DNA from: Desulfobacterales bacterium
Lineage (GTDB): Bacteria; Desulfobacterota; Desulfobacteria; Desulfobacterales; UBA5616
Reading direction: 5' to 3'
NCBI GenBank assembly: GCA_046483495.1
Contig: JAWODC010000076.1
Span: 65,281-129,280 of the forward strand
DNA length: 64,000 bases
A program made the position numbers and the translations under genes. The notes below the pieces were generated by a model that saw only the letters and a list, made by a program, of their open reading frames with translations, was not told the DNA's origin and did not search any database. Shown here piece after piece: positions 1 to 10,892 of this stretch. Position 1 is the first letter of the stretch. Every line of letters begins with the position of its first letter.

Positions 1-432
1 CTTCCAGTCAAATCCCAAATCCAGGGCGCTGGTTGCAATTCTGCCTGCCATGGGGCCCATGAGTTCATCGGCTAGCGGCTTGACCGGGACCTCGGTTTTA
101 ATTTCTTCAATTTCACCTGTAATATCGATACCGTGGCGTTTCAAAAGATCATATGGCGGTTCGAAGGCGGTGCCGCAGTAAAAAACCGAACTGCCGCCCG
201 TGGTGATGCCCCTTAACAGCACGTGCATTTTTTTATTGGTGAAAAGAACACTTTTGCCGGGTATGCCGATCATTTTCAGCGATTGGAGGAATGTCCCCTT
301 AATCGGCGCATTGCCCCCCCATTCCAGAATCAGAACCTTTTTGCCGTTTTGGGACAATTCCTTGGCGACGGCAGCCCCTCCCGGACCGGAGCCGACAACA
401 ACAGCGTCATAGGCTTTTTGGAAAGCTTCCAT
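1..432 (-). CDS. FAD-dependent GMC-family oxidoreductase, N-terminal part (runs off the window edge)
   Basis: Not in the ORF track. Manual translation from ATG at 432 (AGGAGG RBS upstream) gives MEAFQKAYDAVVVGSGPGGAAVAKELSQNGKKVLILEWG...RGITTGGSSVFY, i.e. a Rossmann GxGxxG motif plus the GMC-type GGSS motif. Open to position 1. Confidence 0.8.
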   Translation of the reverse strand, partial: MEAFQKAYDAVVVGSGPGGAAVAKELSQNGKKVLILEWGGNAPIKGTFLQSLKMIGIPGKSVLFTNKKMHVLLRGITTGGSSVFYCGTAFEPPYDLLKRHGIDITGEIEEIKTEVPVKPLADELMGPMAGRIATSALDLGFDWK

Positions 433-469
433 TGTTAAATTCCTCCTTTTGGGATTACACAATCCCGGT

Positions 470-1675
470 TCAATTGCTTTTCATGTCGAAAACGACCTTA
501 ATGACCGGCTCTTGCTTTTTTCGAAACATTTTAAAGGCCTCTTTGTAGCTGCTTAACGGAAATCGGTGGGTGACAAGCCCTTCCAGGTTGATCCGACCGT
601 CCCGAATCATCCGAATCGCCAAATCAAAGCTGCTGATGGTTTCTCCGTTGTAAGTTTCACATCCATGGGCGTTGACGCCGATAATCCCGACCTCCTGGTT
701 CCAGATGGGCGTCTGGTCAAAATTCACCGGTGACAGTTGATTGCCCACCATGACGTAATCCCCCTGTGCCCGCAGCCAGCGAAGGCTGTCATGGATGGTG
801 TTGGAGTACCCGACGCAATCGTAAATCAGGTCGAACCCACCCAGGATATTGCGGTTTTTGAGGGCGCCTGAATACAACTTGCCGCCGGTTGCGGCTGCGA
901 CCGCTTCATAGGGATCACCGGATAGAATCGCATCCGCCCCGAGTTTCCGGGCCAGGTTCTTCTTGAAATCGATTTTTTCCAAAACGTAAACCGTACATCC
1001 GGGCGCTACCGCTTTGGCGCACTGGATAACGTTCAGACCGATGGTGCCCGCCCCGACAACCAGCACCTTTTCACCTTCTTTGGGCGGCCGTCTCAAAACG
1101 GAATGGAGACTCACGGAGGCGGGTTCGATCATCACCGCCGCCTCATCCGGTACGTCATCGGGCACTTTGATGAGTTGACTTTGGTGGGCCAGAAAAACAT
1201 CCCCGAATCCGGCTCCAAGATTCTCGAAAACCGGATCTTCGGCGATATTTTCGCAGAGCGTGTAATGTCCCCGGGCGCAGAACCGGCAGGGTGGATCGAT
1301 TTCCTTGATCGAACAACAGGGCAGATATTTCTGAAGCGTCACCCTGTCACCGACATTCAGGGAGGTGACACCGGCACCGGTTTCGGTGACGCGCCCCACC
1401 AGTTCATGGCCCATAAACGTTTTCGGGGCACCCGGCAGGGCGGTAATGGAAATGGTGGGTTCGGCCTGCACAAAGAAAAGGGACAGATCCACCCCGCAGA
1501 TGCCGGCAAGGATGGGAGCCACTCTCACCCAGTTCGGACCGGGAAGATCCTGCTCCGGTATTTTGCCGTAGCGAACCGGTGACATCGGGGAAAAATACAC
1601 GGCATCGGTGAATTTCGAGAAAAGCCGAGTGGCTAAGATTTTCGGCACATTGAGTTCAAAGTAGATGGATTGCAT
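470..1675 (-). CDS. Zn-dependent medium-chain alcohol dehydrogenase (MDR family)
   Basis: GICGVD and GHE catalytic Zn motifs, a Cys-rich structural Zn loop (CC..CRFC..C) and GAGTIG NAD-binding motif. Start moved to MQSIYF after a GGGGG RBS. Confidence 0.88.
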   Translation of the reverse strand: MQSIYFELNVPKILATRLFSKFTDAVYFSPMSPVRYGKIPEQDLPGPNWVRVAPILAGICGVDLSLFFVQAEPTISITALPGAPKTFMGHELVGRVTETGAGVTSLNVGDRVTLQKYLPCCSIKEIDPPCRFCARGHYTLCENIAEDPVFENLGAGFGDVFLAHQSQLIKVPDDVPDEAAVMIEPASVSLHSVLRRPPKEGEKVLVVGAGTIGLNVIQCAKAVAPGCTVYVLEKIDFKKNLARKLGADAILSGDPYEAVAAATGGKLYSGALKNRNILGGFDLIYDCVGYSNTIHDSLRWLRAQGDYVMVGNQLSPVNFDQTPIWNQEVGIIGVNAHGCETYNGETISSFDLAIRMIRDGRINLEGLVTHRFPLSSYKEAFKMFRKKQEPVIKVVFDMKSN

Positions 1676-1798
1676 AAAGCCCCCTTGTTTATTGAAAGAG
1701 ATCGACAACGGCGTGTTTCGCATAAACCGGAAAACACCATGTCCGGATAGGATCGGAAACGGCGCTCAATCGTGCAACAGGCGCACAGGACACATGTA

Positions 1799-1823
1799 AG
1801 ACCCGGTGCTGAACACCGGGTCT
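1799..1823. other. Perfect 10-bp stem hairpin between the transketolase and dehydrogenase genes
   Basis: AGACCCGGTG-ctgaa-CACCGGGTCT. No U-tract follows, so it may be a stabilising or processing hairpin rather than a terminator. Confidence 0.4.
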
Positions 1824-1839
1824 GACTTTCATCAATCGG

Positions 1840-2835
1840 CTATTCGAGAATTTTCTTTACGCTCGCCTTTATCCCGTTTTTGTCGATGCCGTACCGGGCA
1901 TACAGTTCTTCGGGATAACCGATTACCGAATAAACATCGGGAACCCCAAGGCGCTTGAACCTTACCCCGACCCCGGCTTCGGCCAGGGTTTCGGAAACCG
2001 CCCCGCCAAGACCGCCGATGATGTTGTGCTCTTCCGCCGTCAACAGGGCCCCGCAGGAACGGGCGGCGCGAAGTACAGCCTCGGCATCCAGGGGTTTTAC
2101 GGTGTGCATATTGATGACGTTGATCTTAATGCCTTCGGCCTGAAGTTCATCCGCCGCGTCCATGGCGGCTTTCACGCATACGCCGCAGGCGATTACGGCG
2201 GCATCGGATCCGTAGTCCCGCATGGTCACGCTTTTGCCGAATGTGAATTCGCACCGATCATTTTCATAGGCCATAGGCTCGAGAGATCGACCGATTCGAA
2301 CATAGAGAGGTGTTTCCATGCCGATGGACGCTGTAACGGCTTTTCCGGTTTCTATGGCATCGGCCGGGACGACCACGGTCATATTGGCCATGGAACGCAA
2401 GACGGCAATATCTTCGGTGGCATGATGCGTTGTCCCGCCATTGCCCATGGAAAGGCCGCTATGCGTTGCGATCATCTTTACGTTCAGATTGGGATATGCA
2501 ATGTCGGTCCGCACCGCCTCTGCGCTTCTCAAGGAGAGAAAAGCCGCCATGGTGGACAAAAACGGTTTCTTCCCACAAACCGCCATCCCGGCTGCCGCCG
2601 CCACCATATTGCTTTCCGCGATGCCGAAATTAAAAAAGCGTTCCGGAAAGGCCTTCTTGAACTCGCCTGTTTTATTGGACCGCATGAGATCCGATGTGAG
2701 TACGACGACATCGGGATCATTTTCGGCCAATTGTACGATCACTTTGCCGTAAACCTCGGTCTGTGTCAATAAATCAATGGTATCGGTATTATACGTAAAC
2801 CCCATCGCGACTTCTTTTTGAATGTCAGGGCTCAT
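1840..2835 (-). CDS. Transketolase-like protein, C-terminal (pyrimidine-binding + C-terminal) subunit
   Basis: FPERFFNFGIAE, THHATED, HTVKPLD and EEHNIIGGLG motifs. ATG at 2835 overlaps the upstream stop (ATGA) and has an AAGGAGG RBS. Confidence 0.9.
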   Translation of the reverse strand: MSPDIQKEVAMGFTYNTDTIDLLTQTEVYGKVIVQLAENDPDVVVLTSDLMRSNKTGEFKKAFPERFFNFGIAESNMVAAAAGMAVCGKKPFLSTMAAFLSLRSAEAVRTDIAYPNLNVKMIATHSGLSMGNGGTTHHATEDIAVLRSMANMTVVVPADAIETGKAVTASIGMETPLYVRIGRSLEPMAYENDRCEFTFGKSVTMRDYGSDAAVIACGVCVKAAMDAADELQAEGIKINVINMHTVKPLDAEAVLRAARSCGALLTAEEHNIIGGLGGAVSETLAEAGVGVRFKRLGVPDVYSVIGYPEELYARYGIDKNGIKASVKKILE

Positions 2836-3704
2836 GATGAACACCTCCTTTCAGGGCGGCGGGATTCAATGGAACCGATTGCCTCCTCGGTTTTCTCAGC
2901 GTCAAGACCCGAATAGTGCCAAACGGGATCTCCTTCCATAAACGCAACCCCCCTGCCCTTGGTTGTCCGGCAGATCACCAGAGTGGGTTTTTCACTGTCA
3001 TGAGGCGGCAATTCATCGATGGTACGGACCAGTGCATCCATATCATGCCCATCGATGTCGTATACGTTCCAGCCGAAGCTTTGCCATCGGTCGCAAATGG
3101 GTTCTATGCACATGACTTCTTCTGTGGGCCCATCCAAACACAATCCGTTTCGATCGATCAGCGCAATGAGATTGCCCAATTTGTAATGGCTCGCGGCCTG
3201 GGCCGCCTCCCAGACCATTCCCTCATGCGTTTCACCATCACCCATTAACACGAATACACGCCAGTCCGCCCTATCCAGTCGGGCTGTAATCGCCATGCCG
3301 ACCCCCACGGACAAGCCATGCCCCAGAGAACCGGTGCTCATTTCCACGCCGGGAATCTTTCGCATATCCGGATGCATGCCGAAGGGGCTGTCCAACAGGT
3401 TGAAGGAGTCCAGCCATTTCCTGGGGAAAAATCCCAGGTCGGCCAAAACCGGACAATAAGCGATGGATCCATGGCCTTTCGATAAAATAAACCGGTCCCG
3501 ATTCGGCCAATCGGGAGCATTTTCTTTCAGATTCATGCCATAATAGTGAAGCGCTACGATGATTTCCGCCATAGAGAGTCCGCCGCCGATGTGGCCGCCA
3601 CCCGCCACTGCCGCCAATCGAATAATCTCTTTTCGCAGCGCCTCCGCCTTTTCGTTCAAGGCATCGATCAGCGCGTCCCGGTTCTCCAAATTTCGCAATT
3701 GCAT
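2832..3704 (-). CDS. Transketolase-like protein, N-terminal ThDP-binding subunit
   Basis: GHIGG, RDRFILSKGH, STGSLGHG and GDGE...N ThDP motifs, TTKGRG. AAGGAGG RBS. Confidence 0.92.
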   Translation of the reverse strand: MQLRNLENRDALIDALNEKAEALRKEIIRLAAVAGGGHIGGGLSMAEIIVALHYYGMNLKENAPDWPNRDRFILSKGHGSIAYCPVLADLGFFPRKWLDSFNLLDSPFGMHPDMRKIPGVEMSTGSLGHGLSVGVGMAITARLDRADWRVFVLMGDGETHEGMVWEAAQAASHYKLGNLIALIDRNGLCLDGPTEEVMCIEPICDRWQSFGWNVYDIDGHDMDALVRTIDELPPHDSEKPTLVICRTTKGRGVAFMEGDPVWHYSGLDAEKTEEAIGSIESRRPERRCSS

Positions 3705-3937
3705 AAAACCTCCTTTTGTGGTGAAAGCATTGCACGATGGTGGTGGGTCCTTTGTTTCTTAAAGACCGCAGGTTGTTGCGTATGCCCGAAGTGCAAAAAG
3801 CTTCCTTTTCCAGCCTTTTATCTATGACTTAAATCGACTCCAATACTTGGTTTTCAGGTGAAAGGACATGCGCAGGTTTTCATTTTTATGCATTAAATGA
3901 AAACCCTGTAAAAGTAAAGCACAGACCCACAAAAGAT

Positions 3938-3966
3938 TTGACACGATGTGGTGAATTGGGTATAAA
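3938..3966 (+). promoter_or_regulatory. sigma70-type promoter
   Basis: TTGACA-17 bp-TATAAA, about 45 bp upstream of the ATG at 4010. Confidence 0.7.
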
Positions 3967-4009
3967 TATAATTGGTTTCAAAAGATCTGGGGGGAGTCAA
4001 GGAGACGGG

Positions 4010-4624
4010 ATGAAGAAACTCCTTTTATTTTTCATTGTATTTTTCTTTGCAGCCGGGTCGGCGTTCGCCGGTATGAAGGTGGAGGCGTTTGGCGGCAAGA
4101 CGCCCGAAAAGGCGGATGACGGAAACACGTCAGGTGTTTACGCCGATGTATGGGCAAGCTTGGACGCCAATAAATTCGGGATCGTACTTGCCCGCGGCAA
4201 CTGGAATAAAAAGGCCGGTAACGGCTTGGGGGAAGAGACGGATTTCACGCTCCTGTTTCCAAATGCGGTTCCTTTTCTATTAAGCAACTACGGAGCGGCA
4301 ACTCAATACCCGGAAATGGCGGACAGGCCGAACGATTTGACCATGGCTCAGATATATGCACGATTGGCTGTCAGCAACAAAATCAACCTCATTCCTTCAT
4401 TGACCTATTTTTCATCGAACGAAAATTATACGAGCAGCCTCGGAGGACCGTCGGCGGGCGCCAATGCCTATGAGCTCAATCTGGCGGCGGATTACAAAAT
4501 CAGCGATATGCTCACGTATACGGCGGCCGTCGCTTTTGCAAAAATCGACGTCAATATCGGGGGCGTCGATTTGGATGAGATCGACTCGCTGAAATGGGTT
4601 CATAAACTTTCACTCGACTTTTAA
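4010..4624 (+). CDS. Exported, probably outer-membrane beta-barrel/porin-like protein
   Basis: Signal peptide MKKLLL...SAFA, alternating amphipathic beta-strands (YELNLAADYKI, LTYTAAVAF) and C-terminal HKLSLDF ending in Phe. AAGGAG RBS. Confidence 0.6.
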   Translation: MKKLLLFFIVFFFAAGSAFAGMKVEAFGGKTPEKADDGNTSGVYADVWASLDANKFGIVLARGNWNKKAGNGLGEETDFTLLFPNAVPFLLSNYGAATQYPEMADRPNDLTMAQIYARLAVSNKINLIPSLTYFSSNENYTSSLGGPSAGANAYELNLAADYKISDMLTYTAAVAFAKIDVNIGGVDLDEIDSLKWVHKLSLDF

Positions 4625-4686
4625 AGAGCTCACCAGAAACACGTTAGTCATGCGGTTTCACCGAAATATGGCCGGTTTTTTCGGAT

Positions 4687-6126
4687 TTACTTCGTGCCGG
4701 TATCGAGTTTGTCCTTCAGCACCTGGTTGACGATTTTAGGATTGGCTTTCCCCTTGGTTTTCCGCATCACCCGGCCCACAAAATAGCCCATGACTTTTGT
4801 TTTTCCCTGCCGGTACTGCTCCACCTGCGCCTGGTTTTCGGCAATCACCTCATCGATCACCTCCTCGATAGCGGATACATCCGTGACCTGTACCAATCCT
4901 TTTTCCTCCACGATTTTGCGTGGGGCTTTACCCGTTGCCGCCATTTCGTCAAAAACCGTCTTTGCAATTTTGCCGCTGATGATATCCTCATTTATCAGGT
5001 CCAGAAGTTCCGCTAAATGCCGCGCCGAAACCGGGGATTGTTCAATTTCTTTGCCCTGAGCATGCAACCGTCCCAAAAGCGGTCCCATGATCCAGTTGCT
5101 GACCTGTTTTGCATCGTTTAGATGCCCGACGCAGTCTTCAAAATAATCGGCAAGCTCTTTTGAAGACGTCAGCAGTTCGGCATCATAGGCCGGAAGCCCG
5201 TATTCCAGCTTGAACCGGCTTTTCTTTTCATCCGGCAGTTCGGGAAGCGTTTTTTTCAATTCGGCGACCCACGCACTGGAAATGACGAGCGGCAACAAAT
5301 CCGGCTCGGGAAAGTAGCGGTAATCATGCGCCTCCTCTTTACCCCGCATGGAATCGGTACGATGGGTATCCGGATTCCACAGGCGCGTCTCCTGTATGAC
5401 CTCCCCGCCGTCTCTTATGACATCTTTCTGCCGCTCTATTTCGTAGAGAAGCGCCTTTTCAACGTGCTTGAATGAATTCAAGTTCTTGATTTCCGACCGG
5501 ATTCCGAATCTGCTTTGCTCTTCCGGCCGAATGGATATATTGGCGTCGCACCGAAAACTGCCTTCCTCCATATTGCCGTCGCAAATGTCGAGGTAGCGAA
5601 GGATGGCGCGGAGTTTCCGCAGATAAGCACCGGCCGCTTCCGGAGAACGGATGTCCGGTTCACTGACGATTTCAATCAGCGGGACACCGGCCCTGTTATA
5701 ATCGACGCGGCTGAAGGGCCGGTCCGGGTCATGGGTCAGTTTGCCGGCATCTTCCTCCATGTGTATGCGGGTGATGCCGATTCGCTGGGCATTGCCGTTT
5801 ACCTCGATGTCGATGAATCCGTGCTCCGCAACGGGAAGTTCATATTGGCTAATCTGGTAGCCCTTTGGAAGGTCGGGATAAAAGTAGTTTTTCCTCGCAA
5901 AACGGCTTTCCGAGGCAATCGTGCAATTCGTAGCAAGTGCCATTCGTACGGCAAATGCTGCGACCTGCCGATTCAGCATTGGCAGCACCCCCGGCATCCC
6001 CAGGCATACCGGACAAACATGCGTATTTGGGGGGGCGCCGAAAGCGGTTGAACAATCACAGAATATTTTTGTCTTCGTTTTTAGCTGTGCGTGCACTTCC
6101 AATCCGATTACGGGTTCAAATTTCAT
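4687..6126 (-). CDS. gatB: Asp/Glu-tRNA(Asn/Gln) amidotransferase subunit B
   Basis: [47 protein letters not shown] and [10 protein letters not shown] motifs. Confidence 0.98.
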   Translation of the reverse strand: MKFEPVIGLEVHAQLKTKTKIFCDCSTAFGAPPNTHVCPVCLGMPGVLPMLNRQVAAFAVRMALATNCTIASESRFARKNYFYPDLPKGYQISQYELPVAEHGFIDIEVNGNAQRIGITRIHMEEDAGKLTHDPDRPFSRVDYNRAGVPLIEIVSEPDIRSPEAAGAYLRKLRAILRYLDICDGNMEEGSFRCDANISIRPEEQSRFGIRSEIKNLNSFKHVEKALLYEIERQKDVIRDGGEVIQETRLWNPDTHRTDSMRGKEEAHDYRYFPEPDLLPLVISSAWVAELKKTLPELPDEKKSRFKLEYGLPAYDAELLTSSKELADYFEDCVGHLNDAKQVSNWIMGPLLGRLHAQGKEIEQSPVSARHLAELLDLINEDIISGKIAKTVFDEMAATGKAPRKIVEEKGLVQVTDVSAIEEVIDEVIAENQAQVEQYRQGKTKVMGYFVGRVMRKTKGKANPKIVNQVLKDKLDTGTK

Positions 6127-6354
6127 TTTTTCAGCTGCCTTTTTAAGCTTCGTTTTACATCACCGAAATACCGACGCGACGGCCGTGTCCAATGACCATA
6201 CCGGCCCGCCCGCAACAGATAACCCGGTGCCTGAGCCGATGCATTTAATAAATCGCTCCCTGCCGGATTGCAGGCCGATCGCCCAAAAGCAATTCATGCC
6301 ATTTTTAGGTGACAAATTCAACCTGAAGATGAAATCCTTTACAATCCCTTTTAT

Positions 6355-6383
6355 TTGACAAACCAAGCCCCTATTATTATTAA
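6355..6383 (+). promoter_or_regulatory. sigma70-type promoter for DUF2065-queA-tgt
   Basis: TTGACA-17 bp-TATTAA upstream of the ATG at 6418. Confidence 0.6.
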
Positions 6384-6417
6384 AGACCGTCATTACTCGA
6401 GAAAGCGGGGTTGAACC

Positions 6418-6603
6418 ATGGATTTCTTTTTTTGCGTTATCGGAATGGTTATGATTATCGAAGGGATTCCCTATTTTATGGTGCCTGATAAAATGAAACA
6501 CTGGATTAAAAATATTCTGCAGCTGCCCGACGGATCCCTTCGGCGATTCGGTTTGGTCCTCATGTGTCTGGGACTGTTATTCGTTTACCTTGGAAAAAGA
6601 TAA
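6418..6603 (+). CDS. DUF2065-family small membrane protein
   Basis: 61 aa with two hydrophobic segments and the GMVMIIEGIPYF..P / LRRFGL pattern. Confidence 0.8.
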   Translation: MDFFFCVIGMVMIIEGIPYFMVPDKMKHWIKNILQLPDGSLRRFGLVLMCLGLLFVYLGKR

Positions 6604-6608
6604 AGCAC

Positions 6609-7670
6609 GTGTTTTCGATAGAAGATTACAATTACGAACTGCCGGAAGAACTGATTGCCCAATTGCCGGAAAAGCGGCGGGATGATTCCCGGCTGCTCCG
6701 TGTTTCCCGGTGGTCCGGAGAAATGTCGCATCATCGATTCCACCAACTCAGGGACTTGCTCGATTCCGGAGATGTGCTGGTGCTGAACAACACGGAAGTG
6801 ATCCCGGCCCGCCTTTTCGGAAAAAAAGAAACGGGGGGGAAGGTAGAGGTTTTTCTGCTGGATGCCGCACAGGGCGGATTCAGTCGTGCAAGCCGCCGAA
6901 CGGTTGAATGCGAATGCCTGATTCGAGCATCCAAAAGGCCCGGCCCCGGAACGACGATCCGATTCAATCACGGTCTGACGGCCCGGGTCGTTCATTTTGA
7001 AAACGGCATTTTCCGGGTGAGCTTTTCAGCCCCTGAAGATTTCACTCAAACCCTAAATCGCATCGGGCATGTTCCGCTTCCCCCATATATCAAGAGAAGC
7101 CCGCCGTTCGATGACGCCATCGATGCCGAATATTATCAAACCGTGTACGCTTCTCAAAAAGGCGCCGTTGCCGCACCTACGGCGGGCCTGCATTTTTCAA
7201 ACGCCCTGTTGGCTTCACTGAAGGCAACAGGCATTAACATTGTTGAAATCACGCTTCATGTGGGGTATGGAACATTCCTGCCCGTCAGGGTAAACGACAT
7301 CCGAAAACATCGTATTCACTCGGAGTGGTACCTCATCTCGGATGAGGCGGCCGAAACCGTGAATTCGGTCCGGCAACGCGGCGGCCGGGTGGTCGCAGTG
7401 GGCACCACCAGCGTCCGCACATTGGAATATGCATCCGATGAAACCGGCCTGCTGTACCCGGGCAGCGGAAGATGCGATCTTTATATATATCCGGGCTACC
7501 GGTTTAAAGCCGTGGATGCCGTAATCACAAATTATCACCTGCCGAAATCGACCCTGCTGATGCTGGTTTCGGCATTTGCGGGAAGAGAGCGAATATTTGC
7601 GGCATACCGGGAGGCAATACGAAACAAGTATCGTTTTTACAGCTATGGCGACGCCATGTTGATCGTGTAA
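6609..7670 (+). CDS. queA: S-adenosylmethionine:tRNA ribosyltransferase-isomerase
   Basis: YELPEELIAQ, PLPPYI, YQTVYA, AAPTAGLHF, TLHVGYGTF and YRFYSYGDAM motifs. Likely GTG start at 6609. Confidence 0.97.
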   Translation: MFSIEDYNYELPEELIAQLPEKRRDDSRLLRVSRWSGEMSHHRFHQLRDLLDSGDVLVLNNTEVIPARLFGKKETGGKVEVFLLDAAQGGFSRASRRTVECECLIRASKRPGPGTTIRFNHGLTARVVHFENGIFRVSFSAPEDFTQTLNRIGHVPLPPYIKRSPPFDDAIDAEYYQTVYASQKGAVAAPTAGLHFSNALLASLKATGINIVEITLHVGYGTFLPVRVNDIRKHRIHSEWYLISDEAAETVNSVRQRGGRVVAVGTTSVRTLEYASDETGLLYPGSGRCDLYIYPGYRFKAVDAVITNYHLPKSTLLMLVSAFAGRERIFAAYREAIRNKYRFYSYGDAMLIV

Positions 7671-8780
<1,110 letters not shown>

Positions 8781-8817
8781 TTCATTGCGAAAAACCCAAA
8801 CGACCCCACAGGAGGGC

Positions 8818-9042
8818 ATGATGAAGGAACGAATCACCAAGGCCTTACAACAAATCAGGCCGATGCTTCAGGCGGACGGGGGCGACGTGGAACTCGTCGA
8901 CATCGATGAGAACGGCACCGTCAAAGTGCGGCTGCAAGGTGCCTGTTCGGGCTGCCCGATGAGCCAAATGACATTGAAAAACGGCATCGAACGATTTTTG
9001 AAGCAGGAAGTGCCGGGGGTTACTTCAGTAGAGTCGGTTTAA
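8818..9042 (+). CDS. NifU/NfuA-type Fe-S cluster carrier
   Basis: IRPMLQADGGDVELV and LQGACSGCPMS (CxxC). GGAGG RBS before 8818. Confidence 0.92.
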   Translation: MMKERITKALQQIRPMLQADGGDVELVDIDENGTVKVRLQGACSGCPMSQMTLKNGIERFLKQEVPGVTSVESV

Positions 9043-9106
9043 ACCACCCACCTGAACCCCTCGATTAGAACGAGCAATCAATTTTAAAATATGGAGAAGC
9101 GCGTCC

Positions 9107-10294
9107 ATGACCATCGCCAAACGTATCGAAGAATTTATCGCCCGATCCTCCTGGATTCGAAAAATGTTCGAAGAAGGCAATCGGCTCAAAGAGATCCACG
9201 GGCCGGACAAGGTATTTGATTTTTCTCTGGGCAACCCCAATGTGGCCCCGCCTGATATTTTTAAATCCACCCTGCAAAAAGTGGTGGAGGATTCCATACC
9301 CACAGACCACGGCTATATGCCCAATCCCGGGTATATTCCGGTTCGGCAAAAAGTGGCGGCATACCTGTCCGAGGAGCAGCAGGCCCCCGTTACGCAGGAC
9401 CATATCGTAATGACCTGCGGCGCCGCCGGTGCAATGAATATCATATTGAAAACCATGCTGGACCCCGATGACGAAGTCATTTCGCCGGCCCCGTATTTTG
9501 CCGAATACGCTTTTTACACGGATAACCACTGCGGCGTCTTCAAGCCGGTGCGCACAAATCCGGATTTTACGCTGGACATAAACGCCATTTCCGATGCCGT
9601 CAATGAGAAGACAAAGGCGGTGATCATCAATTCTCCGAACAATCCCACCGGCCAGATCTATTCCGAGGAGAGCCTTGCCGAATTGGGGGGCGTATTGACG
9701 GAAGCGGGTAAAACATTCAGCCGAACCCTCTACTTGATATCGGACGAGCCGTATCGCAAAATCGTCTACGATGACAATGTTGTGCCCGGTGTATTTTCCT
9801 GCTATCCAAACAGCATCATTGCGACCTCGTATTCGAAGGATATTTCCCTGCCCGGAGAACGCATCGGTTTTGCCGCGGTAAATCCGGCCGCACATCATCT
9901 CGGCGACCTGCTCAACGGCATGGCCCTTGCCAACCGTATCCTAGGCTTTGTCAACGCGCCGGCGCTGATGCAGCGGGTGGTCTCCGAACTTCAGGGCGTG
10001 ACGGTGGATGTATCGCGGTATGCCAGGAAAAGAGATCTTTTGTGCGAGGGGTTGGCAAAAGCGGGTTATGAATTCGTAAGGCCGAAGGGGGCTTTTTATC
10101 TGTTTCCCAAGTCCCCGATTGCCGATGAAATGATCTTCATCGAGATGCTCAAAAAAGAATTGATCCTTGTGGTTCCGGGAGCGGGGTTCGGCTGCCCGGG
10201 GTATTTCAGGATTTCCTATTGCGTAGCGGATGAAACGATTGCAAACGCGCTTCCGGGTTTTGCGCGGGTAATGAAAGAAGTAAAGACCGCCTGA
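9107..10294 (+). CDS. PLP-dependent class I/II (aspartate-type) aminotransferase
   Basis: NSPNNPTG, ISDEPY and SYSKDISLPGERIG (PLP lysine) motifs. Confidence 0.92.
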   Translation: MTIAKRIEEFIARSSWIRKMFEEGNRLKEIHGPDKVFDFSLGNPNVAPPDIFKSTLQKVVEDSIPTDHGYMPNPGYIPVRQKVAAYLSEEQQAPVTQDHIVMTCGAAGAMNIILKTMLDPDDEVISPAPYFAEYAFYTDNHCGVFKPVRTNPDFTLDINAISDAVNEKTKAVIINSPNNPTGQIYSEESLAELGGVLTEAGKTFSRTLYLISDEPYRKIVYDDNVVPGVFSCYPNSIIATSYSKDISLPGERIGFAAVNPAAHHLGDLLNGMALANRILGFVNAPALMQRVVSELQGVTVDVSRYARKRDLLCEGLAKAGYEFVRPKGAFYLFPKSPIADEMIFIEMLKKELILVVPGAGFGCPGYFRISYCVADETIANALPGFARVMKEVKTA

Positions 10295-10350
10295 AGGTGA
10301 GGCGCTTTGACTATGATTGTAAACAACATAGGTCAATGAAAGGAGAAAAC

Positions 10351-10755
10351 ATGAAAGTATTGAGAATCGACCATTTGGGAATCGCCGTAAATTCCATAGA
10401 AGAAGGAAAGAACTTCTGGACGGACGTACTTGGACTGGATCTCACCGATACGGAGACCGTGGAAGCGCAGAAAACCACTACCGCTTTTTTGCCGGTAGGT
10501 GAAAGCGAAGTCGAGCTGCTGGAGTCCACCACTCCGGACGGCCCTGTGGCAAAGTTCATCGAAAAAAAAGGTCAGGGCATCCAGCATGTCGCCTTTGCTG
10601 TTGAAAACATCGAAGAAGCCCTTCGGGAGTTGAAAGAAAAAGGAATCCAGCTCATCGATCAGGAACCGAGAATCGGAGCGGGCGGAGCAAAAATTGCTTT
10701 TCTGCACCCCAAGGCCACCAACGGTGTACTGGTTGAATTGTGCCAACGCGATTGA
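10351..10755 (+). CDS. mce: Methylmalonyl-CoA epimerase
   Basis: IDHLGIAV, ELLE, GIQHVAF and FLHPKATNGVLVEL motifs (VOC fold). Lies next to the mutase. AGGAG RBS. Confidence 0.93.
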   Translation: MKVLRIDHLGIAVNSIEEGKNFWTDVLGLDLTDTETVEAQKTTTAFLPVGESEVELLESTTPDGPVAKFIEKKGQGIQHVAFAVENIEEALRELKEKGIQLIDQEPRIGAGGAKIAFLHPKATNGVLVELCQRD

Positions 10756-10892
10756 TGCAATTTTATACCGAAAGGGGTACGAATCATCTTGACATGATTT
10801 TTTAACTCACGTATGAATTGACTTTTTCACCAGGTAAGTATAACTTATTTACATGACCGAACCCATCAAAAAAATTTACGAGGAGTTTTACC

